Positions 38,730 to 47,590 of a stretch of 64,000 nucleotides of DNA are shown here, piece by piece. Each line of letters begins with the position of its first letter. Positions within the stretch are counted from its first letter, which is position 1. Position numbers and translations under genes: made by a program. Location of the stretch: NCBI GenBank assembly GCA_023898585.1, contig CP060229.1, positions 594,149-658,148 on the forward strand. The letters run 5' to 3'. This DNA is from Candidatus Nomurabacteria bacterium. GTDB lineage: Bacteria; Patescibacteriota; Minisyncoccia; Phycocordibacterales; UBA918. The notes below the pieces were generated by a model. It was not told the DNA's origin. It made no database searches and saw only the letters and a list, made by a program, of their open reading frames with translations.

Positions 38730-39365
38730 ATGTTCAAAGATATTTTACAAACAAAAAAATCCGGCTTCACCTTGGTGGAGCTCTTGGTGGTGATTGGGAT
38801 TATCGGGGTTTTGGTCGGAGCGGTTTCTTTGAATTTCAACGCTTCCAAAGTAAAGGCCAGAAACGAAGCTTTTCAAAATTCTCTGGAAGAATTACGTCTG
38901 GCCATGAATCTCTACAAGGCTAAGTACGGGAGATATCCGGAGGCTAATAGCAATTGTTCCACTTATTCTTATTCTGGTAATATTACAAAAATACACAAAA
39001 CAGACGCTAGTGGATGCGCCGGTTTCGAAATAATTTCCGGAATGGTACCGGATTTTGTTGATGGCTTACCTTCGGCCAAGAGTTCGGCCAATGAGAATTG
39101 TGTAATTACCTATCAAGTTCATGGTGATAACATTGGTACCTGGGGTGATAATATCATTGATGGTGATTGGTATAAACTGACGGCCGAAAATTGTCACGGC
39201 GGAGCTTCTTCACCGGCCGAAGGTATTCAGCCGGGAGACAGATTTGCTCGCTGTCCGGATAGTTGTTCTGACTGTAATGGTGTCACCTACGCGACGATCA
39301 AAGTAGACAAGTCTTTTTATGAGTCTTACAGTATCTACAGTAGCAGTACAGGCATGTGTCGCTAG
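38730..39365 (+). CDS. Type IV pilin-like protein (class A paralog)
   Basis: SGFTLVELLVVIGIIG, and LRLAMNLYKAKYGRYPE shared with the first pilin. Confidence 0.75.
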   Translation: MFKDILQTKKSGFTLVELLVVIGIIGVLVGAVSLNFNASKVKARNEAFQNSLEELRLAMNLYKAKYGRYPEANSNCSTYSYSGNITKIHKTDASGCAGFEIISGMVPDFVDGLPSAKSSANENCVITYQVHGDNIGTWGDNIIDGDWYKLTAENCHGGASSPAEGIQPGDRFARCPDSCSDCNGVTYATIKVDKSFYESYSIYSSSTGMCR

Positions 39366-39448
39366 ATTTCAAATAAAATATTTAAACTATAAGAAACCCC
39401 TGTGCACACGTAAAACAATCCATCTCCCCTCGGTGGTACAATATCACC

Positions 39449-40030
39449 ATGATTAAACTTAATTCGCGGGCTGGCTATTCTTTGCTTGAGATTATGGTGG
39501 TGGTGTCTATTATCACTATACTGGCTTCCATCGGCGCCTATTCTTTAAACGAAAGTTCAAAACAAGCTCGTGATGTTAAGCGAATTGAAGAATTAAAGCA
39601 AATAGCAAAAGTGTTAAGTTTGGCTGAATTTGAGTTGGGGAGGGAGATAAAGTGTGGTGGCGGAACACGTATAGAATCCGGTTTTAAGGAAGAGGATGGT
39701 GTAACACCGCTTACAGAAACTAGCTGTGCAGACATAGAAATAATAAAGAGATACATAACCGAGTATTTTCCTGAAGTGCCACACGATCCCAAAGGCCCAG
39801 ATGATAAAAGATACTTTTATTATTATGATCGACATGATTGTCCACTTCCACAAAAAAATGGCTTCTTGGTTTATGCCGCCATGGAAAATGAAAGCAATTC
39901 CAACCGTGATGAAGTGTGTGGGAAAAAGGATAATTCAAACGAGGGAGGTAATAATCATGGCTACTACAATTACCATCCAGTTTTAAAAGTTCACAATCAT
40001 CCCTACGTTGTACGGGTCGGAGATCTATAG
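39449..40030 (+). CDS. Type IV pilin-like protein (class B paralog)
   Basis: AGYSLLEIMVV. KQARDVKRIEEL...NHPYVVRVGDL is nearly identical in its blocks to the second pilin. Confidence 0.75.
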   Translation: MIKLNSRAGYSLLEIMVVVSIITILASIGAYSLNESSKQARDVKRIEELKQIAKVLSLAEFELGREIKCGGGTRIESGFKEEDGVTPLTETSCADIEIIKRYITEYFPEVPHDPKGPDDKRYFYYYDRHDCPLPQKNGFLVYAAMENESNSNRDEVCGKKDNSNEGGNNHGYYNYHPVLKVHNHPYVVRVGDL

Positions 40031-40043
40031 TTATTATAAAAAT

Positions 40044-40607
40044 ATGTTTAAAAAAAATTCCCAACCCAACCAACTCGGCTTCACTCTCATTGAGGTTTTG
40101 GTGGTGATTGCTATTATCAGTGTGTTGATTTCAATTGTCAGTATCAGCTTTACTGAAGCCAGAAAGGGGACTAGAGACGGCGTTAGAATGACCGCGCTCT
40201 CCGAGCTTCAGTTGGCGATAGAAAAGTATAAAGCGCAAAAAGGGCAGTACCCGGATCAAGGTTGCGGGGTGGCGGGAACTAATTGGGCCGGGCCGGGTAG
40301 CCATTCGTCAGATGGTGGGGTGACTTGCAATGAATACATAACAGGTTTAGCCCCTGAATATATCGCCAAATTACCAACTGATCCGAATAGCGAAGCGGTT
40401 GCCGATATGGGCTTTCTTTATCAAGTATCGACGAACAGAGACGCCTACAAAATAATGGTTTACGGCAGTGTGGAGAAAAAGACCATCACTTCCTACGGTG
40501 ATAAATTTGCTCGGTGCCCAGCGAAAGATACTAGCGGTGAGTGTGGCGGAGATTTACCTCCGGAAAAAGTATACGCTGTCTATTCACCGGGGGCGGAAAA
40601 TTGGTAA
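40044..40607 (+). CDS. Type IV pilin-like protein (class A paralog)
   Basis: LGFTLIEVLVVIAIIS. LQLAIEKYKAQKGQYPD. Confidence 0.75.
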   Translation: MFKKNSQPNQLGFTLIEVLVVIAIISVLISIVSISFTEARKGTRDGVRMTALSELQLAIEKYKAQKGQYPDQGCGVAGTNWAGPGSHSSDGGVTCNEYITGLAPEYIAKLPTDPNSEAVADMGFLYQVSTNRDAYKIMVYGSVEKKTITSYGDKFARCPAKDTSGECGGDLPPEKVYAVYSPGAENW

Positions 40608-40616
40608 TCATTAACA

Positions 40617-42869
40617 ATGTACTTAAAAGAACTTTCCATCAACGGTTTTAAATCTTTCGCTAAAAAAAGCGAGTTGGAATTTTCCGCACCCATCACCGCG
40701 ATAGTCGGGCCAAACGGCTCCGGCAAAAGTAACATTGCCGAATCTTTTCGTTTTGTCTTGGGTGAACAGTCGGTGAAGTCGATGCGGGGCAAAAGAGGCG
40801 AGGATCTCATTTGGGGTGGTTCGGAGAAAGTGTCGCGTGGTAATCGAGCCGGTGTTGTGGTGGTTTTTGATAATAAAAGTCGGACGTTCGCGCTCGATTT
40901 TGACGAAGTCAAAATCGAGCGCGTCGTCCATCGCGATGGTCAAAATGAGTACAAGCTCAATGATTCTTCAGTTCGCTTGAAGGATATTCATGAACTGCTG
41001 GCGAACGCCAACATCGGTTCGACCGGTCATCATATTATTTCCCAAGGTGAGGCTGACCGTATCTTAGCTTCCGGCCCGAAAGAGCGACGTGAAATGATTG
41101 AAGACGCGCTTGGTCTCAAGGTTTACCAGCTCAAAAAACAAGAAACCGAGCGAAAGTTGGAAAAAACCAGAGAAAACATTGCCCAAGTGGAGTCGTTACG
41201 AAGAGAAGCTTCCCCGCATTTAAAGTATTTAAAGAAGCAAATGGAGAAAGCCGAACGCTCGCTGGAAGTGCAAAAAGAATTGCGCTCCAGATACGCCGAA
41301 TATTTAAAGAGGGAAGATGTTTACGTTGCTTTTCATACCGACAGACTGACAACGAGCCGTCGCGAGCCGTCTGAAGGGCTGGAGGTGGTGCAGAAAAAAT
41401 TATCCAAAATCAAAGAAGTACTCAGAGAAACCGAGTCAGAACCAGCCACCCCGCCCGATTTGGTGTCGGCCGAAGAGGCCTATCGCTTAGCTACAAAAGA
41501 GCGTCAGTCTCTTGAGCGCGAGTTGAGTAAGGTGGAAGGACAAGTTTCGTTTATTGAGCGACGCCTAGCGAACCCGGCTCGAACGGAGGTCAAGGCCGAT
41601 ATGTTTGTCTCACGCGCGGAGCTCGAAGAGGTGGTGCTTGATATCGAATCCGATGTCGACAAAGCGCTTGGTAAAGGCGGAGAGTCCGTTCTGGAGCGAG
41701 CGTTGAATGATTTGCTTCATAAGCTGAAAACTTTTTTACGACGCGAACAAGGAGAGGTGGTCGACACCGCCTCGGCCGACAAGGAGGAGTTGGAGATATT
41801 GTGGAAAAGTTTGGAAAAAGCGGACAAGGCGGTTAAAGAAGCGTTGGCAACGGAAGGAAAAAAAAGAGAAAGTCTTGAAGCTCTAAGACTGGCCCGAGTG
41901 GCGGATTCCGAGAAGAATCGCGATGCCGAAAGAGAAATGTTTTCGCTTCTGAACAGAGAGCGGGAATTGGAAGCGAGTATAGAGAATATTGACAGAGAAT
42001 TGCGAGTCTTGGAGCGTGACCGAACTGATTTTAAAATTCAACTTCAGGAAGCGGTTGCTCTGCTCGGGAGAGGAGCTTCCGATTATTTCACACTGGAAGT
42101 TATAAATGAAGAGGGTGAGAAAATAGCTGACGAAGCAATTGTCAGTGAAGATCGTGACGCGCAAAGAAAGCGCCAGCATGAGCTCGAGAAACTGAAAATC
42201 AGACTGGAAGAATTGGGGGTTGGTGCCACGGAAGATCTGCTCAAAGAATACAACGACGCGAAAGAACGTGACGAATTCTTGGCGCGCGAACTCGGAGACT
42301 TGGAAGCCTCTGTCTCCAATCTGAAAGAATTAATTGTCGACATGCAATCCAAGCTACAAGAGCAATTTGCCGGCGGGGTGGAAAAAATTAACAAGGAATT
42401 TCATACCTTTTTCACGCTCATGTTTGGTGGCGGTTCGGCCGGTCTCGAAAAAGTGCAATTAAAACAACGTGGTGAAGGGGAAGAATCATTGAGTGATGAT
42501 GAAGTGGAAGGGGAAGAAGGGGTGGAGTTGCGGGTTGCGCTACCCAACAAAAGAGTGAAGGGCCTCGAAATGCTGTCCGGGGGAGAAAGAGCGCTTACCT
42601 CGATCGCGCTTATTTTTGCCATGAGTCAGGTGAATCCACCGCCGTTTATCATTCTCGACGAGACGGACGCCGCGCTTGATGAGGCCAACAGTCGGCGTTA
42701 TGGTGACATGATTGAGGCGTTGGCCAAGAAATCACAGTTGGTCTTAATCACTCACAACCGCGAAACCATGAGCCGGGCGGGCATTCTGTACGGTATTACC
42801 ATGGGCTCGGATGGGGTGTCGAAAATGTTGTCGGTGAAGTTTGAAGAAGCGGCTGAAGTTGCGAAGTAG
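40617..42869 (+). CDS. SMC-family ABC ATPase, short (750 aa), no obvious hinge domain
   Basis: N-terminal MYLKELSINGFKSF..GPNGSGKSN (Walker A), a long heptad-rich E/K/R/L middle, and C-terminal LSGGERALTSIALIFAM (signature) plus FIILDETDAALD (Walker B). Confidence 0.65.
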   Translation: MYLKELSINGFKSFAKKSELEFSAPITAIVGPNGSGKSNIAESFRFVLGEQSVKSMRGKRGEDLIWGGSEKVSRGNRAGVVVVFDNKSRTFALDFDEVKIERVVHRDGQNEYKLNDSSVRLKDIHELLANANIGSTGHHIISQGEADRILASGPKERREMIEDALGLKVYQLKKQETERKLEKTRENIAQVESLRREASPHLKYLKKQMEKAERSLEVQKELRSRYAEYLKREDVYVAFHTDRLTTSRREPSEGLEVVQKKLSKIKEVLRETESEPATPPDLVSAEEAYRLATKERQSLERELSKVEGQVSFIERRLANPARTEVKADMFVSRAELEEVVLDIESDVDKALGKGGESVLERALNDLLHKLKTFLRREQGEVVDTASADKEELEILWKSLEKADKAVKEALATEGKKRESLEALRLARVADSEKNRDAEREMFSLLNRERELEASIENIDRELRVLERDRTDFKIQLQEAVALLGRGASDYFTLEVINEEGEKIADEAIVSEDRDAQRKRQHELEKLKIRLEELGVGATEDLLKEYNDAKERDEFLARELGDLEASVSNLKELIVDMQSKLQEQFAGGVEKINKEFHTFFTLMFGGGSAGLEKVQLKQRGEGEESLSDDEVEGEEGVELRVALPNKRVKGLEMLSGGERALTSIALIFAMSQVNPPPFIILDETDAALDEANSRRYGDMIEALAKKSQLVLITHNRETMSRAGILYGITMGSDGVSKMLSVKFEEAAEVAK

Positions 42870-42994
42870 GGGTTGTGGATAACCAAGGCCGGCGAGATTG
42901 CTTTTCTTGGTAAATGTGGTATTATCCTGGTAGCGCTCCGGTCCTTTTCGGAGTTTCTTTTTTGCTCCGCACGGGGCTTTTGGAGGATAGTACG

Positions 42995-43543
42995 TTGAAA
43001 TATAAAATCATTCTTCTGGTTTTGGGTCTTTTTGTCTCCGGAATAAACTTTGCCTATTCGGCCACATATGTGGCACACAACGAGTTTTACAAGATTCACG
43101 TTCCTGGGGATGCTTATATCCCTTCGGGAACGATAAGCGAATCTCAATATTACACCTTCGGGCTAGGTATGACTCAGTCTTGGTATGTGCTCGAAGTTAC
43201 AATTACCGCGCCGGATAGTCTCGAGGGCGGATTGGAGTTCGTTACCAGTAGTAAACCCTACGGATCCGGATGGTTATTTTATGATGGCACCTTATTTGGT
43301 GGAGAATCGTCAAGTTTTACTATGTCTGGTTCCTTACTCTCGACGCCCGAGGTGCCAACTAACGTGTACTTGTCTATGGCACTATACGGAACCGATCAGG
43401 TGATCACCTTCGGTGAAGGTGGAAGCTTTATCACTGCGGGTGTAGACACCTCGGTGATACCGATCCCGGCCGCGTTTTGGCTCTTCGGCTCAGCCCTACT
43501 CAGCTTTGTCGGATTCTCAAGAAGGAGAACTGTCTTTGTATGA
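42995..43543 (+). CDS. Secreted protein with PEP-CTERM-like C-terminal sorting signal (TTG start proposed)
   Basis: GGAGG 9 nt upstream of TTG. Signal peptide KYKIILLVLGLFVSGINFAYSA. C-terminus VIPIPAAFWLFGSALLSFVGFSRRRTVFV (P-x-P motif, TM helix, RRR). Confidence 0.55.
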   Translation: MKYKIILLVLGLFVSGINFAYSATYVAHNEFYKIHVPGDAYIPSGTISESQYYTFGLGMTQSWYVLEVTITAPDSLEGGLEFVTSSKPYGSGWLFYDGTLFGGESSSFTMSGSLLSTPEVPTNVYLSMALYGTDQVITFGEGGSFITAGVDTSVIPIPAAFWLFGSALLSFVGFSRRRTVFV

Positions 43544-43549
43544 CAATGG

Positions 43550-43613
43550 CCCTAGGTCTTGCCTAGGGAAAAAGACGAAAATAAACCCAGGTAACCCTAG
43601 GTCTTGCCTAGGG
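43550..43613. repeat. Two tandem copies of the 19-bp palindromic hairpin CCCTAGGTCTTGCCTAGGG (43550-43568, 43595-43613)
   Basis: Exact duplicate read directly. Each is followed by an A-run on the plus strand. Confidence 0.7.
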
Positions 43614-43627
43614 AGAAAAAATGGAAC

Positions 43628-43666
43628 GAGCGTGTCGGAAATCACTTTTCCGACACGCTCTTTTTT
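43628..43666. terminator. Bidirectional intrinsic terminator (GAGCGTGTCGGAAA...TTTCCGACACGCTC plus TTTTTT)
   Basis: 14-bp stem with T-runs on both strands. Sits between the PEP-CTERM-like gene and rnr. Confidence 0.75.
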
Positions 43667-43676
43667 ATTCCTTTTT

Positions 43677-43711
43677 CCGAAGGGTTACCCTTCGCGAAGG
43701 GTAACCCTTCG
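43677..43711. repeat. Two adjacent copies of the dispersed palindrome CGAAGGGTWACCCTTCG (also at 27350-27364 and 63266-63284)
   Basis: Four intergenic occurrences in 64 kb, read directly. Core GGTWACC flanked by CGAAG/CTTCG. Confidence 0.7.
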
Positions 43712-43753
43712 TTTGGTTCCCTCGGTATGCGGTATGTTTTTGTTCGTTATTTT

Positions 43754-45694
43754 TTAGGTTTTTTCCACTAGTTCAAAATCCAACTGCCTTTCGTCTTTGT
43801 CGGCACGAACCAGCTTCACACGAACAGCGTCTCCCAGACGATATATCTTTCCGGTACGTTGACCTCTTATTCGGTACTTTTGTGCTTCGTGCTCAAAGAA
43901 ATCACTTTTAATACTCGATAGTCTGACCATGCCGTCAGCCAAAGTGTCTTGTTCTTGTACGTAGATACCCCAGTCGGCTACACCATTTATCACCCCTTCA
44001 AATTCTTCACCGACTCTATTTATCATATACTCGACCTGCTTGAATTTGATGGAATCACGTTCGGCGGACACCGCTTCCATTTCACGTTCTGATGATTGAA
44101 TTGATATTTGTTCGTATTTGGCGGTTTCTTTCGGTCCGATATTTGAGCCGTCAAGATGTCGTCGTAACAGGCGATGAGCCATCAAGTCGGGATAGCGACG
44201 AATGGGGGAAGTGAAGTGAGTGTAATACTTGAAAGCCAATCCAAAGTGGCCAATGTTTTTAGTGGAGTAAATCGCTTTGGCCATGGAGCGGATACTGGCG
44301 GTCTTTATTAAATTTTCCTCCGGCTTACCTTCGACCTCTTTCATTAGTTGGTTGATGGACTTGGCGTGAACGATACCTTTTTTCGCTTCAAAATCGTAAC
44401 CCAATGCGTGAACAAAAGTAGCCAGTTCTTCAATTTTGTCGGGATTGGGAACATCGTGAATACGATAGACAAACGCCAGATCGCGACTTTGGCTTTTGGC
44501 TTTTTTGTTTATGTAGGTTGCTACCTCACGATTAGCAAGAAGCATAAAGTCTTCGATCATGAGCATGGTTTCTGTGCGGTGCTTCACGTAGGCCTTAATA
44601 GGCGCTCCTCTCTCGTCAAGTTCGAACTTTACTTCCGGTTGCTCGAAAGCGATTGCTCCGTCGGCGTAGCGTCTTTTACGGAGAGTTCTTGACAGGCTCA
44701 TTAGAGTCTTTAGTTCCGGCAGATAATCACCTTCATTTTTATCGAGAGTAGTTTGAGCTTCTTCATAACTGTAGCGTTTGTTGGAGTGGATTATTGTTTG
44801 ACCGTACCAGGCATTTTCAATACCGGCTTTGGGCGTGAGTTCAAAGACGGCCGAGAACGCCAACCGGTCTTCATTGGGTCTCAGGGAACAAAGATCATTG
44901 GAAAGCACCTCAGGTAACATCGGAATCACTCTATCCACCAAATAGACAGAAGTTCCGCGTTCTACTGCCTCGTTGTCTAACGGCTCACCTTCGATAACGT
45001 AATGTGAAACATCGGCAATATGAACCCCGACCTCAACATTGCCGTTTTTAAGAATTCTACAAGACAGCGCGTCGTCAAAATCCTTGGCGTCTTTTGGGTC
45101 TATGGTCATGGTGACGACGTCTCGCATGTCGCGACGTTTCGGGTCGGCTATCGCTTCTGCAAAAATCTGCTCTCTTTTTTCATAGATATCGTGGGCGGAT
45201 TTTTGGACGGATTCGGGAAAATCTTTGGAAAAACCGCCGGAGCGAATAATGGCCTGCATTTCGGTTTCGTGGTCCCCGGTCCTGCCCAGTGTCTCGCTGA
45301 TTTTGGCGATGGGTTCTATGTTGGGGCTAGGCCAACTGGAAATCTCAACCGCTACTTTCGTATCGAGATCATTGGTTGTTGCTCCGGGCAAAAGAGGTCG
45401 GATATGGATTCTGTGATTATCCGGTTGGAGATAAAAAACCGTCTTGCTCCCTTCTTGTTTTTCTTTCACCGAACCGATAAGTTCGCGGTGGGCTGACTTT
45501 ATAACTTGCTCAACGGTGCCTTCTTGGCGACGTCCTGATACCTTCTTTTTAAGTTTAATTTTGACAATGTCGCCGTCGAGCGCGAAGCCAAGGGCTTCGC
45601 GCTCGATGACAATATCTTCCGTAAAATCCGGGTGGGAAACAAAACCTGTTCCTTTGCCACGGATCATAATTGCGCCTTCGTAGGTTGTTAACAT
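43754..45694 (-). CDS. rnr: Ribonuclease R / exoribonuclease II family (RNB domain)
   Basis: N-terminal cold-shock-like OB, RNB catalytic region (DPKDAKDFDDALS) and C-terminal S1. Confidence 0.85.
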   Translation of the reverse strand: MLTTYEGAIMIRGKGTGFVSHPDFTEDIVIEREALGFALDGDIVKIKLKKKVSGRRQEGTVEQVIKSAHRELIGSVKEKQEGSKTVFYLQPDNHRIHIRPLLPGATTNDLDTKVAVEISSWPSPNIEPIAKISETLGRTGDHETEMQAIIRSGGFSKDFPESVQKSAHDIYEKREQIFAEAIADPKRRDMRDVVTMTIDPKDAKDFDDALSCRILKNGNVEVGVHIADVSHYVIEGEPLDNEAVERGTSVYLVDRVIPMLPEVLSNDLCSLRPNEDRLAFSAVFELTPKAGIENAWYGQTIIHSNKRYSYEEAQTTLDKNEGDYLPELKTLMSLSRTLRKRRYADGAIAFEQPEVKFELDERGAPIKAYVKHRTETMLMIEDFMLLANREVATYINKKAKSQSRDLAFVYRIHDVPNPDKIEELATFVHALGYDFEAKKGIVHAKSINQLMKEVEGKPEENLIKTASIRSMAKAIYSTKNIGHFGLAFKYYTHFTSPIRRYPDLMAHRLLRRHLDGSNIGPKETAKYEQISIQSSEREMEAVSAERDSIKFKQVEYMINRVGEEFEGVINGVADWGIYVQEQDTLADGMVRLSSIKSDFFEHEAQKYRIRGQRTGKIYRLGDAVRVKLVRADKDERQLDFELVEKT

Positions 45695-45746
45695 GTCGGC
45701 CAGTATAACACTTGTAAAAAAACATGATAGGGTTTAAAATGCTCAG

Positions 45747-45885
45747 CACCACAAAGTCATGAAAGGGCGTAGTGGTAGGCAACAGTTCCGGGTACCCTCT
45801 GGAACAAACTCTCCCTACAAGGAGATAGCAGTACAAGTCCCGCGTGTTCACCGTCTACAATTTGGTGAACTGCGCGGGGCTTTTT
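45747..45885 (+). ncRNA. Candidate small RNA: sigma70-like promoter (TTGTAA-17-TAAAAT at 45712-45740), about 140-nt hairpin-rich transcript, strong terminator (45839-45885)
   Basis: Promoter hexamers, internal hairpins (GUUCC..GGAAC, UCUCC..GGAGA) and a long terminator CCCGCG..GUUCACC..GGUGAAC..CGCGGG plus TTTTT. Could instead be insulation between the divergent rnr and rpsP promoters. Confidence 0.3.
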
Positions 45886-46018
45886 ATTTTTGCTATTGAC
45901 GTATAGTTCCAATCTGGTATGCTAGCGTCCACTACAAGTGAAGAGAGCGAGCAACGCAGGTAAAAAAGTCTTTGCTTTTGTCGAGCGAGCGAAGCTTGTA
46001 TAAATTTCTCAAATTTCT

Positions 46019-46492
46019 ATGTTAATGATGCGTTTACAACGAGTCGGTCGCAAGAATGATCCATCATTCCGAATTGTGGTGACTGACAAAAGAACCAGTG
46101 TAAAAAGCGACAGGCATGTTGATCGTCTCGGTTCATATAATCCCAAGTCAAATCATATTCAGATTGATGTTGATAGGGCGAAAGAATGGCTGGAAAAAGG
46201 CGTTCAGCCGTCTGACACTATGCACAACATACTGGTTAGCCAAAAGGTGATTGAAGGCAAGAAAATCAATGTTCTTCCGAAGAAATCACCGATTATAGAT
46301 GAGGTAGCAATTAAAAAGGCGGAGGAAGAAGCTAAAGCAAAGGCTGAAGCAGAAGCGAAACTAAAAGCGGAAGCGGAGGAAAAAGTTAAGGAAGAAACCG
46401 AAGCAGAAACTCCCGTAGAACCAGTGGCAGAAGAAAGTTCGGAAGCAGGGGAAGAAAAAGCAGGTAAGGAAGAAGAAAAAATCGAGAAATAG
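46019..46492 (+). CDS. rpsP: Ribosomal protein bS16 with K/E/A-rich C-terminal extension
   Basis: MRLQRVGRKNDPSFRIVVTDKR...RLGSYNP. The start may be 46022 or 46028. Terminator at about 46503-46535. Confidence 0.85.
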   Translation: MLMMRLQRVGRKNDPSFRIVVTDKRTSVKSDRHVDRLGSYNPKSNHIQIDVDRAKEWLEKGVQPSDTMHNILVSQKVIEGKKINVLPKKSPIIDEVAIKKAEEEAKAKAEAEAKLKAEAEEKVKEETEAETPVEPVAEESSEAGEEKAGKEEEKIEK

Positions 46493-46683
46493 TTTGTGAA
46501 GAAAAACGGCCGGGCTAAAGCCCGGCCGTTTTCAATAGACAATAATTAAGTGTGCTCACTGAAAGACATAAAGATTTTTTGCACCTAAGGCTATTGACTC
46601 TCTGAGGCCACTCTCGTATGATTTTGATAGCACGTTGCAAATACTGTAACGGAAGCTTAACAGCTATAGACATAAATCGATGT

Positions 46684-47037
46684 ATGGATACGCACGAAGA
46701 TAAGCAATTTCTTGAGAATTTGGTTAAATCACTGGTTGATCACCCGGATTCGGTCAAAATTAACAGAACAGTCGACGAGATGGGAGTTCTCCTTACTCTC
46801 GATGTGCACGCAGAAGACATGGGAAAGATTATCGGCCGTTCCGGCAACACTGCCAAAGCAATCAGAACTTTGCTTCGAGTGGTGGGAATGAAGAACGACG
46901 CTCGAGTTAATCTCAAGATCAACGAGCCGGAAGGTGGACAACGAATGAATCCAGAAGTAGCTGAGGCTATGAAGGAAGATAATCCTTCCAGCGAACCTAA
47001 AAGCTTGGATCAAGCTATAGACGATTTAAAGATTTAA
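46684..47037 (+). CDS. KH-domain RNA-binding protein (YlqC/UPF0109-like), canonical rpsP neighbour
   Basis: LVKSLVDHPDSVKINRTVDEMGVLLTLDVHAEDMGKIIGRSGNTAKAIRTLL is a type-II KH domain with GxxG. The ORF track starts at 46618; the internal ATG 46684 was chosen. Confidence 0.7.
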   Translation: MDTHEDKQFLENLVKSLVDHPDSVKINRTVDEMGVLLTLDVHAEDMGKIIGRSGNTAKAIRTLLRVVGMKNDARVNLKINEPEGGQRMNPEVAEAMKEDNPSSEPKSLDQAIDDLKI

Positions 47038-47060
47038 ATCCAGGAGAACAAAAGAATACG

Positions 47061-47126
47061 AACAAAAAAGCAATTTACCTATCATTAATGATAGGTAAAT
47101 TGCTTTTTTGTCTATCATTAATGATA
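47061..47126. promoter_or_regulatory. Two operator-like perfect palindromes TATCATTAATGATA (47070-47083, extended to the 32-bp palindrome 47061-47092; and 47113-47126) overlapping the presumed promoter of the HTH gene
   Basis: Exact 14-bp self-complementary sequence read directly. Centres are about 43 bp apart. The second site abuts the start codon at 47137. Confidence 0.6.
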
Positions 47127-47136
47127 TGATTTTGAT

Positions 47137-47586
47137 ATGAGTAAAAATCTTAAACATGTTAAACCAAGTGAGCGAAAACGCGTTATCAATGCGCTCTATA
47201 AAACAGCACGCAGTATGCCCCAGAAAGATCCTGTCGTTACTTTCATTTCCAGTGTTCTCACAGAGAGTGAGCAAGTACTGATCGGGCGCAGACTACTTAT
47301 TGCGCAAATGATACTGGCGGGGAAGAAGCAAACCGAGATTGCTTATGAGTTGGACGTAAGTCCGAACACATTTAGTAGAACCAAGAAATGGCTAAGTGGC
47401 CAGATTCCTGAATATGACAAAGCTCTTAAAGAGTACCGGGCTGAGCAAAATCGATTGAAAGGTGATTCTAAACTTATTCACAGTAACTTCGCAACCCCTT
47501 TTTCGTTCACTGCTCTCAGGAAAAAGTATCCAGCTCACTTTCTTTTGTTTGCATTGATATACCAAGTGAATAAAAAGACTGACTAA
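47137..47586 (+). CDS. TrpR-like / YerC-YecD family helix-turn-helix regulator
   Basis: LTESEQVLIGRRLLIAQMILAGKKQTEIAYELDVSPNTFSRTKKWL matches the Trp-repressor-like YerC pattern (..RL.VA..L..G....EI....G.S..T.SR.K..L). Confidence 0.6.
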   Translation: MSKNLKHVKPSERKRVINALYKTARSMPQKDPVVTFISSVLTESEQVLIGRRLLIAQMILAGKKQTEIAYELDVSPNTFSRTKKWLSGQIPEYDKALKEYRAEQNRLKGDSKLIHSNFATPFSFTALRKKYPAHFLLFALIYQVNKKTD

Positions 47587-47590
47587 TGAC

